A DNA stretch of 64,000 nucleotides, taken from positions 1,440,001 through 1,504,000 of the forward strand of contig OY762940.1 of assembly GCA_963667255.1 (NCBI GenBank). Reading direction: 5' to 3'. Origin of the DNA: Candidatus Cloacimonadota bacterium (GTDB lineage Bacteria > Cloacimonadota > Cloacimonadia > G963667145). This document shows positions 1 through 11,074 of the stretch, piece after piece (the first letter of the stretch is position 1; each line of letters starts with the position of its first letter). A program made the position numbers and the translations under genes. The notes under the pieces were generated by a model that had not been told where the DNA came from, did not search any database, and saw only the letters and a list, made by a program, of their open reading frames with translations.

Positions 1-659
1 TCGATATTCACCTTGTTGTTCACATACAGAGCACCAACGCCTTTCGGACCGTAAATTTTGTGTGCAGAAAAACTCGCCAAATCTATACCCATCCTGCTGA
101 CATCTATCTCAAAACTACCCAAAGCCTGCACGGCATCCGTGTGAAACAATGCTCCATTCTCATGAGCAATTTTGGCAATCTCCGCCACAGGTTGCACCGT
201 GCCAACTTCGTTGTTCGCCATCATAATAGACACCAACGATGTCTCTTCGTTTATCTCGTTACGCAGTTGCTCCAAATCAACCTGACCATACTCGTTCACA
301 TCCAAATACACAATATCAAAACCTTCGTCCTCCAAAGCCTGAAAAGAGTGCAAAACAGCATGATGTTCAATTTTGGAAGTAATCAGCCTATTACCCTTTC
401 CCCGCAACATCTTAGCAACACTCCTAATCGCCCAATTGTCGCTCTCCGTGCCACCGGCTGTAAAATAAATTTCGTTAGATTTCGCACCGATACACTTTGC
501 TATAATCTCTCTAGAGTTGTTTATCAACTTGCCGGCATCTGCTCCTGAAAAATGATAAATACTGGAAGGATTCCCAAATTGCTCAGTAAAACATGGCAAC
601 ATCGCTTCCACGACCTCTTGGCGAACCTTGGTTGTAGCCGAATTATCCATATAAATCAC
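1..659 (-). CDS. iscS: Cysteine desulfurase (IscS/NifS), 3' end beyond window edge
   Basis: Manual minus-strand translation from GTG at 659: MIYMDNSATT...FGNPSS...GGTESDN...IEHHAV...HTDAVQ...SAHKIYGPKG (PLP lysine motif); absent from ORF track because truncated. Confidence 0.93.
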   Translation of the reverse strand, partial: MIYMDNSATTKVRQEVVEAMLPCFTEQFGNPSSIYHFSGADAGKLINNSREIIAKCIGAKSNEIYFTAGGTESDNWAIRSVAKMLRGKGNRLITSKIEHHAVLHSFQALEDEGFDIVYLDVNEYGQVDLEQLRNEINEETSLVSIMMANNEVGTVQPVAEIAKIAHENGALFHTDAVQALGSFEIDVSRMGIDLASFSAHKIYGPKGVGALYVNNKVNI

Positions 660-673
660 AATCTCTCCCACAA

Positions 674-1063
674 TCACAGCACATCTTGCAAAGTAGTCTT
701 ATCAACCACCTCTCTGATGCTGTCATAAATTTTTTTAAAAACCTTATTGGAGATACAACTCGTCTCTTTGATGCATTGCTGTTCAGAGCCCAAACACTCT
801 ACCGGCAAAATATCGTCCTCCAAAACTCGTAAAACCTCTCCGATGTATATCTTGTCCGCAGGGCGAGCCAAAACATATCCGCCGTATTTCCCCCGCTTGC
901 TCTCCAAGATATTCGCTTTCTTCAACTTAGCCGCCAACTGCTCCAAATAGCTAAGAGACATATCTTGTTCACCAGCTATCACATGCAATGACATAGGCTT
1001 TTTCGACTTCGCTATATAAGCCAAAGCTCTCAGCCCATACCTACTTTTGGTAGAAAAATTCAT
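674..1063 (-). CDS. iscR: Rrf2-family regulator, IscR-like
   Basis: STKSRYGLRAL, SLSYLEQL, RGKYGGYVLAR, three C-terminal Cys; directly upstream of iscS. Confidence 0.85.
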   Translation of the reverse strand: MNFSTKSRYGLRALAYIAKSKKPMSLHVIAGEQDMSLSYLEQLAAKLKKANILESKRGKYGGYVLARPADKIYIGEVLRVLEDDILPVECLGSEQQCIKETSCISNKVFKKIYDSIREVVDKTTLQDVL

Positions 1064-1092
1064 ATAACCTCTCTTGGTTTCCCTCACGCTCT

Positions 1093-1117
1093 AATCCCCA
1101 GTATTTTTGTCAAGAAT
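1093..1117 (-). promoter_or_regulatory. Putative IscR type-1 operator overlapping -35 (ATTCTTGACAAAAATACTGGGGATT)
   Basis: 25-bp imperfect palindrome resembling IscR type-1 sites, immediately upstream of iscR. Confidence 0.6.
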
Positions 1118-1136
1118 AAAATTTTGCAAATAAAAT

Positions 1137-1164
1137 AGCCTCACTCTGTCAAAAAAGTGAGGCT
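1137..1164 (-). terminator. Hairpin terminator after phoU
   Basis: agcctcact...agtgaggct inverted repeat followed by T-rich run on minus strand. Confidence 0.55.
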
Positions 1165-1181
1165 TAGAAAAAAAATAAATT

Positions 1182-1817
1182 TCACTCAACCCAGTGCCGA
1201 ACCTCTTTGCCCTCTTCCACAAAGATACTACTTTCGGCAATATTGGTAGCCAAATCAGCAATCCTCTCGATATTCTTGGAAAAATTGTTAATAAGCAAAG
1301 CCCTGCTCACTTCCACTTGCTCTTCTATTATTTTTCGCAAAATCTCGTCCTTTAATTCATCCACAACATCGTCTTCTTTGCAAACTTTTTTTGCCAAATC
1401 ACCATCTTCCTCAAAGAAACTTTTTGAAGCGTCCATATACATTTTCTTAGTCTTTTCCAACATCTGCACAAGTTCATCTTTAAACTTCACAGACTCAATC
1501 TCCAACAATTTAGTCAAAATTACTCTGTTGTTATCGCACAAATCCCCAATTCTCTCCAAGTCGGTATTGATGCTACGAATCATCAAAACTTCCCGCAAAG
1601 TTTTGGCATGTGGAGTTTGCAATGCCAAAATATACAAAGCTCTCTTTTCCAACTCCAAATCGGTTATATCGACCTTTTTCTCCAAATCTTTTATCTTGGG
1701 CAACTCTTCCGTCTTCCCTGACTTGTATGCTCTCTCGCAAATTTCCAACATCTCCAAAATTCGCAGAGTTTGCTCTTTGAGTATTTTTTTCAACTCATAA
1801 ATATTCTTTTGAATCAT
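1182..1817 (-). CDS. phoU: Phosphate signalling protein PhoU
   Basis: DLERIGD and ERIADLATNIAE repeats; end of pst operon. Confidence 0.93.
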   Translation of the reverse strand: MIQKNIYELKKILKEQTLRILEMLEICERAYKSGKTEELPKIKDLEKKVDITDLELEKRALYILALQTPHAKTLREVLMIRSINTDLERIGDLCDNNRVILTKLLEIESVKFKDELVQMLEKTKKMYMDASKSFFEEDGDLAKKVCKEDDVVDELKDEILRKIIEEQVEVSRALLINNFSKNIERIADLATNIAESSIFVEEGKEVRHWVE

Positions 1818-1847
1818 AAAATTCCCATTCTCCTTAAAATCCCTCTA

Positions 1848-2600
1848 TTAACCGAAATTCCCTTGCAAATAATCTTCGGTCATCTTCTCCCTCGGATTGG
1901 TAAACATATGTCGTGTTTTGCCAAACTCTATCAAATCGCCCAAATACATAAACGCCGTGTTATCCGAAATCCTACCGGCTTGACCGATATTGTGTGTTAC
2001 TATCAAAATTGTCATTCTTTTTTTCAACTTCAGACAAAGTTCCTCTATCTTGAGTGTCGATTTCGGGTCAAGAGCGGAAGTCGGCTCATCCAGCAAAAGC
2101 ACCTTCGAATCGTTAGCGATGGCTCGGGCTATGCATAATCGTTGCTGCTGACCACCGGAAAGCTTGGTAGCACTCTTGTGCAATCTGTCCTTCACCTCTT
2201 CCCAAATCCAAGCAGACTTCAAAGAGTTTACCACCTTCTCTTCCAAATCTTTTTTGGGAACTCCTCGCAATTTGGGACCGTAGCAAATATTTTCGTAAAT
2301 AGATTTCGGAAACGGATTTGGTCGCTGAAACACCATTCCCACTTGGGTTCGCAGTTCATTCACATTGCAACTTTTATCAAAAATATCTTTGTCTTGCAAA
2401 TAAACTTTCCCCTCTATCCTCAGCACTGGCGACAAATCGTTCATCCTATTGAAAGTCCTGAGCAAAGTAGACTTGCCACAGCCAGAAGGTCCAATCAGAG
2501 CAGTAATCTTATTCGTCTCGACCTCCATATTTATATTTTTCAAAACATGGTTATCAGCAAACCACAAGTTAAAATTTTCCGTTTTTATTATACTCATCAA
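1848..2600 (-). CDS. pstB: Phosphate ABC transporter ATPase
   Basis: [38 protein letters not shown]. Confidence 0.96.
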   Translation of the reverse strand: MMSIIKTENFNLWFADNHVLKNINMEVETNKITALIGPSGCGKSTLLRTFNRMNDLSPVLRIEGKVYLQDKDIFDKSCNVNELRTQVGMVFQRPNPFPKSIYENICYGPKLRGVPKKDLEEKVVNSLKSAWIWEEVKDRLHKSATKLSGGQQQRLCIARAIANDSKVLLLDEPTSALDPKSTLKIEELCLKLKKRMTILIVTHNIGQAGRISDNTAFMYLGDLIEFGKTRHMFTNPREKMTEDYLQGNFG

Positions 2601-2610
2601 TTTTCCTTTC

Positions 2611-3459
2611 TCATCGATTTTTTCTAATCCTGTATCTCATTACCACGGCAAGCGAACTCACTCCGACAACAAGAACTATCAGAATAAAAGCTGACCCGTA
2701 AGCTATCGGTATTTGACTCTCGGGGTGCACACCCTCGCTAACCAATGCATAGATGTGATAAGGCAACGCCAGAACTTCCGAGAACAAGCCTGTGGGCAAA
2801 AATCTGGAGTAGAAAGTCACCGCTGTAAACATAATCGGAGCAGTCTCTCCGGCAACTCTCCCGATACTTATTATCACACCAGTTAGGATATTGGGCAACG
2901 CAACCGGCAAAGCCACTTTCAAAATCGTCTGCATCTTATTCGCACCCAATCCGTAAGAAGCCTCTATGAAATCTTGCGGAACTTTGTTGAAAGCCTCGTG
3001 GGCGTTGGAGACTATCACCGGCAACACTAACACCGCCAAAGTGCAAGCCCCAGCCAACAAACTCACACCCATATTCATCATCTTCACAAATATCGTCAGT
3101 CCAAACAACCCGTAAACTATAGACGGCACTCCCGCCAATGTATCCAAGGCGATTTGCACCGTGCGTTTGAATACTCCCTCTCTGGCATAATAAGTAAGGT
3201 AAGTTGCACTCAATATCGCCAATGGCGTTGCGATAATTATCGAAACCAAGGTCAAAAGAAATGTCCCGAAAATTGCGGGGAAAACACCGCCCGCCGTCAT
3301 CTCATGTCGAGGTCTATCAGACAAAAATTCCCAAGACAACACGGACGCACCTCTGAATAGAACATCTGCCAAAAAAATCAGCAAAAATACGCAAGTAACT
3401 GCTATGCACAATATCAAAAACGCCTTGCCTAACTTGCCTTTACTGGCTCTACTCATCAT
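2611..3459 (-). CDS. pstA: Phosphate ABC transporter permease PstA
   Basis: [23 protein letters not shown]. Confidence 0.93.
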   Translation of the reverse strand: MMSRASKGKLGKAFLILCIAVTCVFLLIFLADVLFRGASVLSWEFLSDRPRHEMTAGGVFPAIFGTFLLTLVSIIIATPLAILSATYLTYYAREGVFKRTVQIALDTLAGVPSIVYGLFGLTIFVKMMNMGVSLLAGACTLAVLVLPVIVSNAHEAFNKVPQDFIEASYGLGANKMQTILKVALPVALPNILTGVIISIGRVAGETAPIMFTAVTFYSRFLPTGLFSEVLALPYHIYALVSEGVHPESQIPIAYGSAFILIVLVVGVSSLAVVMRYRIRKNR

Positions 3460-4322
3460 ACTTCCACTCCTCTATTGGATAGGTAATTCGCTACTAAAAC
3501 CAGTCCGAAGCAGATAATGAACAAAATCATACTAATAGCGAACAAAGCGTGATAATGACTAGAGCCTATCACAGTCTCACCCATCTCAGCGGCAACCGTC
3601 GCCGGCATCGGACGCACAGGACTAAAAATGCTCTTTGGGATTATCGCCGAGCCTCCTGCCAACATCACTACCACCATAGTCTCTCCTACCGCTCTGCCTA
3701 AGCCTAAAACCAAAGATTTCAATATTCCGCTTCTTGCAGCCGGCACAACGACCCTCACTGTGGTCTCCCACTTGTTTGCTCCCAAACCCAGCGAAGCCTC
3801 TCGCAGTGAGTTAGGGACTACAGACAAAGCGTCTTCGCTCACTGAACAGATAATCGGCACTACCATTATTCCCAACACTATCGAAGTGGTAAAAAGGTTC
3901 AATCCGATATCAGCACCCAAATAGTTTTGCACAAACGGAGACAAAACAACCATACCGAACAATCCGTAAACAACCGAGGGGATTCCGGCTAACAACTCAA
4001 TTGTCGGCTTAATAATTTCGCGGAAATTGCTCCCTGCAAATTCCGCTAAATAGATGCCGGAACCAAGTCCCAATGGAACAGCAACTGCCATAGCTCCCAA
4101 GGTTACCACGAGCGAACCGACAAGAATCGCTCCTATGCCAAATATCGGCTCTTCTGCTGTCGGTCGCCATTCGGTATTAAAGAGGAAATCTCCAAACGAT
4201 ACCGCTTTGAAAACCTTAACTCCCTCTCCAAACACGCTGAAAACTATCCCCAAGAGTGCCAACACAACACATACAGCCGATAAATAAACTAAGAAATCAA
4301 ACAATTTTTCTTTTTTCTTCAC
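3456..4322 (-). CDS. pstC: Phosphate ABC transporter permease PstC
   Basis: ELLAGIPSVVYG, GRAVGETMVV. Confidence 0.93.
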   Translation of the reverse strand: MKKKEKLFDFLVYLSAVCVVLALLGIVFSVFGEGVKVFKAVSFGDFLFNTEWRPTAEEPIFGIGAILVGSLVVTLGAMAVAVPLGLGSGIYLAEFAGSNFREIIKPTIELLAGIPSVVYGLFGMVVLSPFVQNYLGADIGLNLFTTSIVLGIMVVPIICSVSEDALSVVPNSLREASLGLGANKWETTVRVVVPAARSGILKSLVLGLGRAVGETMVVVMLAGGSAIIPKSIFSPVRPMPATVAAEMGETVIGSSHYHALFAISMILFIICFGLVLVANYLSNRGVEV

Positions 4323-4367
4323 AATCTCAAAATATCCTTAACATTTTATGATTCAATGCGAAACAGT

Positions 4368-5183
4368 CTAATTAATCTCAACAAAACCTTGCTTAGCTAC
4401 AATTTTTTGACCTTCTGCAGATTTTACAAAATCCAAATATTTTTTCGCCATTCCTTTGGGTTCACCATTGGTATACATTTGCAAAGATCTGGAAATAGGA
4501 TAATTACCTGACTTTATGGTTTCAATACTAATTTTCACTCCGTCAACAACCAACACATTCACATCGGGAACAATATAGCCGTAACCAACATAGCCGATAG
4601 CACCATCAGTAGTTTTCACACTCGTCACCACCGCATTGTTTGAGCCCAAATTTAAAGCCGAAGCAATTATTTTTTCCTTGTTCATCACTTTTCCCTCAAA
4701 AGTCTCAAAAGTGCCGGAAGAGGCATCTCTGCTAATCACAACAATCGTTTGGTCTTTGCCACCAAGCTGTTTCCAGTTGGTATAAGTTCCGTTGTATATT
4801 TTTCTGAGGTCGTCCAAACTGATTTTTTTGATAGAATTGTTTTTATCGGTAATCACAGCTATCCCATCGAAAGCCACAATATGCTTGGTCAACTCAACTC
4901 CACTCTTTTTGGCTTTTTCCAACTCTTTGTCCTTTGCCAAACGAGAAGCAGCACCAATATCCACAGTCCCTTCCAAAACGCTGACTATCCCTACAGAAGA
5001 ACCTCCACCACGCACACTCACATCAGCGTTATCGTTCTCATCCATAAAAGCCTCCGCTGTGGCTTGAGCGATAGGCAATACAGTGGTCGAACCCGCAATC
5101 GTAACTTTCTCTACTTTTTTACCCCATCCCCAGCAAGCACCGCTCACTGCAACTAACATCAATAAAACCAGCAATTTTTTCAT
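4368..5183 (-). CDS. pstS: Phosphate-binding protein PstS
   Basis: Signal peptide, AGSTTV, GGGSSVG, SRDASSGT, YPISR. Confidence 0.92.
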   Translation of the reverse strand: MKKLLVLLMLVAVSGACWGWGKKVEKVTIAGSTTVLPIAQATAEAFMDENDNADVSVRGGGSSVGIVSVLEGTVDIGAASRLAKDKELEKAKKSGVELTKHIVAFDGIAVITDKNNSIKKISLDDLRKIYNGTYTNWKQLGGKDQTIVVISRDASSGTFETFEGKVMNKEKIIASALNLGSNNAVVTSVKTTDGAIGYVGYGYIVPDVNVLVVDGVKISIETIKSGNYPISRSLQMYTNGEPKGMAKKYLDFVKSAEGQKIVAKQGFVEIN

Positions 5184-5263
5184 CTTATTCTCTCCTTTAT
5201 TTTAGCAGTTATTGATTCAGAAAATCGATTTTACAACTTCCTATTACTATTATACTCTCGGAA

Positions 5264-5302
5264 TGTTAAAATTTTATAAGGGTTTTGTTAAGATTTGGTT
5301 AA
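5264..5302 (-). promoter_or_regulatory. Pho-box array (four hexamers at 11-bp pitch)
   Basis: Minus strand TTAACC-N5-TTAACA-N5-CTTATA-N5-TTAACA upstream of pstS. Confidence 0.75.
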
Positions 5303-5307
5303 AGCAT

Positions 5308-5345
5308 AAAAAAAACGCCCAAAATTAAAAATTTCGAGCGTTTTT
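5308..5345 (-). terminator. Terminator after clpX
   Basis: aaaaacgcccaaa...tttcgagcgttttt imperfect hairpin with A/T tails. Confidence 0.5.
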
Positions 5346-5363
5346 AGAAAATAATCTATCTAT

Positions 5364-6578
5364 CTAAAATTCGTAATCCGGCTTTTCGCCTTTGGTTATC
5401 ACATCCTGACCGACGACACACTTTTGCAATCCCTCAATATCCGGAACATGATACATAATATCCAACATACTCTTTTCCATAATGGAACGCAAACTGCGAG
5501 CACCCAACTTCTGTGCCATAGCCAACTCAGCGACTTTTTCCACAGCCTCGCTGGTCAAAATCAAATCAACGCCTTCCAAAGCAAACAAAGCTTGATACTG
5601 CTTGACCAAAGAGTTTTTCGGCTCTGTCAATATGCTCACTAGAGCTTCCTTGTCCAACCTGTCAAAAGTCGTAACCACGGGCAGTCTGCCTATCATCTCG
5701 GGAATAATCCCATAACGCAAAATGTCCTCATAGTTGACTTGATGCATCAGTTCCTCTTTTTGCTCGGAGGAAATTATCGTAGAGTCGAAACCGATATTTT
5801 TCTTGTTAACCCGATTTTTGATAATCTTCTCGATACCGTCAAAAGCTCCGCCCACAATGAACAAAATATTTGTCGTGTCCATTTGGATAAACTCTTGGTT
5901 AGGATGCTTCCGTCCACCCTTCGGCGGAACATTTACCAAAGTTCCTTCCAAAATCTTCAAAATCGCCTGTTGCACACCCTCACCGGAGACATCTCTGGTA
6001 ATACTGGTGCTTTCTGATTTGCGAGCAATCTTGTCAATCTCATCAACATAAACAATGCCCTTCTCAGCTTTGGCTACATCGTAATCGGCATTTTGCAGAA
6101 GACGCACCAAAATATTTTCGACATCCTCACCCACATATCCAGCTTCCGTCAAAGTAGTAGCATCGGCTATAGCAAACGGAACTTTCAGCAGTTTAGCCAA
6201 AGTTTGAGCAATGTAAGTTTTCCCCGAACCGGTCGGACCGAGCATCAAAATATTGCTTTTTTCGATTTTCACATCTCCGTCCTGTTCAGCTTTCCACACT
6301 CTTTTGTAATGGTTGTAAACAGCCACGGCGATAGTCTTTTTGGGACCTTCTTGCCCGATAACATATTCGTCCAAATGTTTCTTTATCTGCCCCGGAGTAG
6401 GCAACTTTTCGACAACTTCTCCGACATTTTCGGTCTGCTTCTCTTCCTCAGCAAAAATATTGGCACAATGAGAAACGCATTCGTTGCAAATCGCAACATC
6501 AGCAACCCTAATCAGCCTTCTGCTTTCGGACTCGCATTCTCCGCAAAACGAACATCTCTTCGCATCAAACTCAGCCAT
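5364..6578 (-). CDS. clpX: ATP-dependent Clp protease ATPase ClpX
   Basis: CSFCG zinc finger, [27 protein letters not shown] loop. Confidence 0.97.
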   Translation of the reverse strand: MAEFDAKRCSFCGECESESRRLIRVADVAICNECVSHCANIFAEEEKQTENVGEVVEKLPTPGQIKKHLDEYVIGQEGPKKTIAVAVYNHYKRVWKAEQDGDVKIEKSNILMLGPTGSGKTYIAQTLAKLLKVPFAIADATTLTEAGYVGEDVENILVRLLQNADYDVAKAEKGIVYVDEIDKIARKSESTSITRDVSGEGVQQAILKILEGTLVNVPPKGGRKHPNQEFIQMDTTNILFIVGGAFDGIEKIIKNRVNKKNIGFDSTIISSEQKEELMHQVNYEDILRYGIIPEMIGRLPVVTTFDRLDKEALVSILTEPKNSLVKQYQALFALEGVDLILTSEAVEKVAELAMAQKLGARSLRSIMEKSMLDIMYHVPDIEGLQKCVVGQDVITKGEKPDYEF

Positions 6579-6579
6579 A

Positions 6580-7170
6580 CTAATTTTGACTCCTATTTAC
6601 CATCACCTTGTCGATAATTCCGTAATCTTTGCACTCATCCGCAGACATAAAAAAATCACGATTTGTATCTTTCTCGATTTGCTTCAAAGTCTTGCCCGTA
6701 TGCTCTTTCAAAATCCCGTTCAACTTATCGCGAATTTTTAAAATCTCCGCCGTATGTATCTCAATATCACTCGCTTGACCTTGCATACCGCCCAAAGGCT
6801 GATGAATCATTATGCGAGAATTTTTCAAGGCAAACCTTTTGCCTGCTGCTCCGCCTGCCAATAGCACCGCAGCCATGGAACAAGCCTGCCCTATACAAAT
6901 AGTGGAAACTTTGGGAGCTATAAACTGCATGGTATCATAAATCGCCAAACCGGCGGTCACAACACCACCCGGAGAGTTAATATAAAGGTAAATATCTTTG
7001 TTAGGGTCTTCACTCTCCAAGTGCAACAATTGAGCACACACCAAGTTTGCGACGGTATCATCTATCTGCGAACCTATAAAAATAATCCTGTCCTTGAGAA
7101 GTCGCGAAAAAATATCGTAAGCTCTCTCCGAACGACCAGACTGCTCCACCACCATAGGTACAAAAGACAT
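6580..7170 (-). CDS. clpP: Clp protease proteolytic subunit
   Basis: [34 protein letters not shown]. Confidence 0.97.
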   Translation of the reverse strand: MSFVPMVVEQSGRSERAYDIFSRLLKDRIIFIGSQIDDTVANLVCAQLLHLESEDPNKDIYLYINSPGGVVTAGLAIYDTMQFIAPKVSTICIGQACSMAAVLLAGGAAGKRFALKNSRIMIHQPLGGMQGQASDIEIHTAEILKIRDKLNGILKEHTGKTLKQIEKDTNRDFFMSADECKDYGIIDKVMVNRSQN

Positions 7171-8444
7171 TATTTATCCTCTTTTTTAGTTTCTTTTTCA
7201 GAAGCCTCAGCCTCTTTTTGCTTATCTTGAGGAGTGACAATATTCATCTTCTTAGAAATTTTTTCTACAATCTTATTGTCCAGAGCAGGTGCAAAATACT
7301 TTTCCTCATCGACGATACTGTCTTTATACTTTTCCTTGTATTCCGCCAAATCCATTTTCATACCACCAGCATTAAAAGAAACAAATTTTTCTTTCTCTGC
7401 ATCTGTAAGTTTCACACCGAGGTTTTCCCTGAAGAAATCCATCACATACATCTCTTTGAGTTGAGCCTCAGCCATACCGACAAACATCGGCATCAAACTG
7501 CCCAATTGCGATTTGTAAGCCTTCGCATAAGGTTGAGCCATTTGCTGAGCATACTGATTTACCATCTCTTGAGGGACTTCCATCTCGTTCGCCTTAGCCA
7601 AAGCAACTCCCATAGCTTGCCTTTTCATAGCCATATTTTCCACATCCATTCTCGCCTTCAAATCGTCCTTGATATCGGCTTTCATAGACTTCAAATCTTC
7701 AAATCCAGCATCCTTGGCAAACTCGTCATCAATTTTAGGCAATTCCAATCTCTTGATAGCGGTAATTTTCAACTCAACCGCCTTCATATCCGAGCCGTCT
7801 TTTTCTTTGCTGTAATCCATCTCTGAGGCAAGTTCGTCACCTACTTTCACGCCTTTTAAATCCGCCTCAAATTTTTCGCCGTAAGGAGTGCTTCCATAAA
7901 TGAAATTCCTCTTAAACTCCTTACCACTCTCCACAAACTTCATATCGGCATAAATTGTATCGCCCTTTTTAGGGTCAGCATCGATATCGATAGATTGAGC
8001 CAATTTGTATCTAAGATTTTCCAATTCGGTATTAACCTCGGCAACACCGGCTTTCTTTTCCTCGAAAACCATTTCTACACCTTCGTAGTCAACCTTTTCG
8101 ATTTTCGGAGCAACCTCATACGCATACTTAACAACCAATCCATTGTCAACATCACCGCTGATATCCACGATGTTTCCGGGAGTCAAAGGCTTAATCTCCA
8201 ACTCATCCACAACATCTTTGTATTGGTCGGAAGCAAAATCTTCCTTAAACTGCATAGCAATCGAATCGCCGTATTTCTCTCTTACCATTGCCAAAGGTGC
8301 TTTACCCTTTCTAAAACCCTTGATATTCACCATCTTGGAATATTTTTTCAAAGATTTTTCATACTCCGCATTCACCAAATCAGACGGAAAAGTAACCGTC
8401 ACTTCCCTCTTACATTGGCTAATCTCTTTAAGTTCAATATTCAT
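7170..8444 (-). CDS. tig: Trigger factor
   Basis: GFRKGKAP ribosome-binding motif; tRNA-Leu-tig-clpP-clpX synteny. Confidence 0.92.
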   Translation of the reverse strand: MNIELKEISQCKREVTVTFPSDLVNAEYEKSLKKYSKMVNIKGFRKGKAPLAMVREKYGDSIAMQFKEDFASDQYKDVVDELEIKPLTPGNIVDISGDVDNGLVVKYAYEVAPKIEKVDYEGVEMVFEEKKAGVAEVNTELENLRYKLAQSIDIDADPKKGDTIYADMKFVESGKEFKRNFIYGSTPYGEKFEADLKGVKVGDELASEMDYSKEKDGSDMKAVELKITAIKRLELPKIDDEFAKDAGFEDLKSMKADIKDDLKARMDVENMAMKRQAMGVALAKANEMEVPQEMVNQYAQQMAQPYAKAYKSQLGSLMPMFVGMAEAQLKEMYVMDFFRENLGVKLTDAEKEKFVSFNAGGMKMDLAEYKEKYKDSIVDEEKYFAPALDNKIVEKISKKMNIVTPQDKQKEAEASEKETKKEDK

Positions 8445-8523
8445 CAAAACTCCTACTCCTGTAGATTAAAATCATAAAAAAAATCATTTCTCCTCCTTAC
8501 AAAAACCAAAGAGAAATGAAAAC

Positions 8524-8609
8524 TGGTGCGAGAGGGGGGAATCGAACCCCCAAGGACATAGTCCGCTGGATTCTAAGTCCAGTGCGTTTACCAATTTCAC
8601 CACTCTCGC
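8524..8609 (-). tRNA. tRNA-Leu(TAG)
   Basis: GCGAGAGTGGTGAAATTGGTAAACGCACTGGACTTAGAATCCAG...GGTTCGATTCC...CACCA; long variable arm. Confidence 0.95.
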
Positions 8610-8746
8610 TATCTCTCAAAAGCCACATCACATGGCAAGTAAACTAACCCCACAATTTGAGAAAGCCCCTTGATGTCAAATACTTTTTACAACAAAGCTA
8701 CTGACTATCAAGAGGCTCTAAAATTACAAGTTAATCAACAGAAACT

Positions 8747-10780
8747 TTACTCTTTGTCCTTCTCATCCATCAATTTTTGAGCCAAATCTGGTTGCAAAAT
8801 CTGATAATGAGAGAATTTTTGGATAAATCTGCCTCTGCCTTGGGTAAGCGACTTGAGAGTAGGAAAATAACTGAAAAGCTCGGACAACGGCAACAAAGCC
8901 TCAATAACCTGATTTTTGCCTTTTTGACTCATCCCATTTACCACACCTCTGCGAGACGACAAATCGCTAATCACATCGCCCATATATTGGCTCGGAATAT
9001 TAATCTCCACGATATGAATAGGCTCCAAAATCACAGGCGAAGCACTAACAAATCCCTCTTTGAGAGCCATAGAAGCGGCAGTCTTGAAGGCGGCTTCACT
9101 CGAATCAACCGTATGATAAGAGCCGTCGTAAACTTCCACGCTGATATCGGTAACAGGATAGCCGGCAACAATTCCTTTGGCAATAGTCTCTTTCAGACCT
9201 TTTTCGATAGCGGGAATAAATCCCTTGGGAATAACCCCACCAACAATTGAAGAGATGAACTTAAATCCTGTTCCTCTCTCCATAGGCGAAATCCTGAAAT
9301 ACACCTCCGCAAATTGCCCTCTACCACCCGATTGCTTTTTGTGACGATAGTGGCTCTCTGCCTTTTTGCTGATAGTCTCCATATAAGAGACCCTCGGCTC
9401 AAGCAAATCACATTTGACATTGTAGGCACTTTCCAATCTCTTCTTGATGAGGCTCAACTGTGTCAAACTGATACCCGACAAAACGGACTGTCTGGTCATC
9501 TCGTTATAATCCAAATGCAAAGTCTTATCTTCCTGAAGCACCTTTTCCAAAACTTCCCCAAGTTTGTTCTCGTCCTCTTGAGATTCGGGAACGATAGTCC
9601 TCCACACATACGGAGACGGCAAGTCTGGCGGAACAACAGTCAAACTGCTATCAGCGGTAAGAGTGTTCAAACTTTGGCAATCTTTCAACTTCACCAAAAC
9701 ACCCAACTGCCCTGCAACAAGTTCATGCACCTCTTTCCGTTTCTTGCCCACAGTCACAAACATAGAGCCGATTTTGACCTTGCTCCCCAGTTCAGGCACA
9801 TGCAAAGTATCGCCCGATTTCAAAACTCCACACATCACTCTGACATAACAAACAGTGCCCACGGAACCCTCGGAAACCGACTTGAAGATATAAGCCAAAG
9901 TCGGCAAATCTTCACTCGCTTCGATTTCCGTTCTTTCGCCACTCTTAAATACCTTAATCTTGTTGTCATCCAGCGGAGACGGAAGCTCCCTAATCAAGCA
10001 ATCCATCGTAACACGCACGGCTTTGTCCTCTACGGAAGAGCAAGCGAAAACCGGAGTGATGAGACCTTCTCTGATTCCAGATTTCAATCCTTCCAAGAGC
10101 TGATTTTGGTCTAACTCGCCCTTTTCCAGATAAATATCCAACATCTCTTCGGAAGTCTGAGCCACAGCCTCGCTGAGTATATCAAAAGCTTCTGCAACCT
10201 TGTCCTTCATCTCAGCGGGAATCTCCACTTCATTCCCATCGATGTAAGCTTTTTGCTTAATCAAATGGACAACGCCTTGAAAATCTGCACCTTGACCAAT
10301 AGGAATGCAAATAGGAGCAGGCGAAAGATTGGAATGCTCGCGAATTTCCTGCAAAACATTGTCAAAATCCGCATCTTTTTGATCCATCTTATTGATAACT
10401 ATCGCTTTGCAAATCTCGGGCTTAACCTCAAGTTTCCCGATGGCAAGCTCCAACCCCGCTTGAAATCCGGCAGTAGCATTCGCAAAAATTATAGCCGACT
10501 CCGCAGCCTTGGTCGAGACCATCTGCTCTCCGACAAAATCAGGATTGCCGGGGGTATCTATCAAATTTATCTTTGTCCCTTTCCACTCGAATTGAGCCAG
10601 AGACAAATTTATAGAGCTCTTCTGGTCAATCTCTTGAGCAGTAAAGTCCATCACCGTGTTGCCATCCTCCACTTTGCCTGCCCTGCCTATCACACCTGCA
10701 TCGGCAAGCACCTGCTCACAGAATGTCGTTTTGCCTGACCCCTGTGCTCCTACCAAAAAAAAGTTGCGAGTTTCTTTCAT
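8747..10780 (-). CDS. Elongation factor G paralogue (EF-G2-like)
   Basis: GAQGSGKTT, DTPGNPDF, NKMD, KKQSGGRGQF, GSYHTVDSS; lacks canonical RGITI; not in str operon. Confidence 0.88.
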   Translation of the reverse strand: MKETRNFFLVGAQGSGKTTFCEQVLADAGVIGRAGKVEDGNTVMDFTAQEIDQKSSINLSLAQFEWKGTKINLIDTPGNPDFVGEQMVSTKAAESAIIFANATAGFQAGLELAIGKLEVKPEICKAIVINKMDQKDADFDNVLQEIREHSNLSPAPICIPIGQGADFQGVVHLIKQKAYIDGNEVEIPAEMKDKVAEAFDILSEAVAQTSEEMLDIYLEKGELDQNQLLEGLKSGIREGLITPVFACSSVEDKAVRVTMDCLIRELPSPLDDNKIKVFKSGERTEIEASEDLPTLAYIFKSVSEGSVGTVCYVRVMCGVLKSGDTLHVPELGSKVKIGSMFVTVGKKRKEVHELVAGQLGVLVKLKDCQSLNTLTADSSLTVVPPDLPSPYVWRTIVPESQEDENKLGEVLEKVLQEDKTLHLDYNEMTRQSVLSGISLTQLSLIKKRLESAYNVKCDLLEPRVSYMETISKKAESHYRHKKQSGGRGQFAEVYFRISPMERGTGFKFISSIVGGVIPKGFIPAIEKGLKETIAKGIVAGYPVTDISVEVYDGSYHTVDSSEAAFKTAASMALKEGFVSASPVILEPIHIVEINIPSQYMGDVISDLSSRRGVVNGMSQKGKNQVIEALLPLSELFSYFPTLKSLTQGRGRFIQKFSHYQILQPDLAQKLMDEKDKE

Positions 10781-10985
10781 ATCTAATATCACTCCTTCCG
10801 TAGAATGCTCACACTTCAGACTGCATCCTAACTTGATTTGTCCGAAACTTCGTTCTCGTTAAAAAAAGGTCAAGATGTTTTTAGTTCCATATTATTTTGG
10901 GTAGTAAATTCTCGAACAAATGCAAGTATAAATAAAATCAGAATTGTGTTTGATGAAGTGGAGGCTCTCTGTAAGAAGATTCCAC

Positions 10986-11065
10986 CTCGTTCCCAAGCTC
11001 CCGAGGGAACGCATAAGGGAATTAGAAAGAACATATATACTCCCAATTTTGAACTTGGGAGCGAG
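10986..11065. repeat. REP/REPIN-like doublet, family A, degenerate copy
   Basis: ctcgttcccaagctc...gggaacgcata / tatactcccaa...cttgggagcgag; homologous to 25212 and 37990. Confidence 0.75.
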
Positions 11066-11074
11066 AAAAAAATA

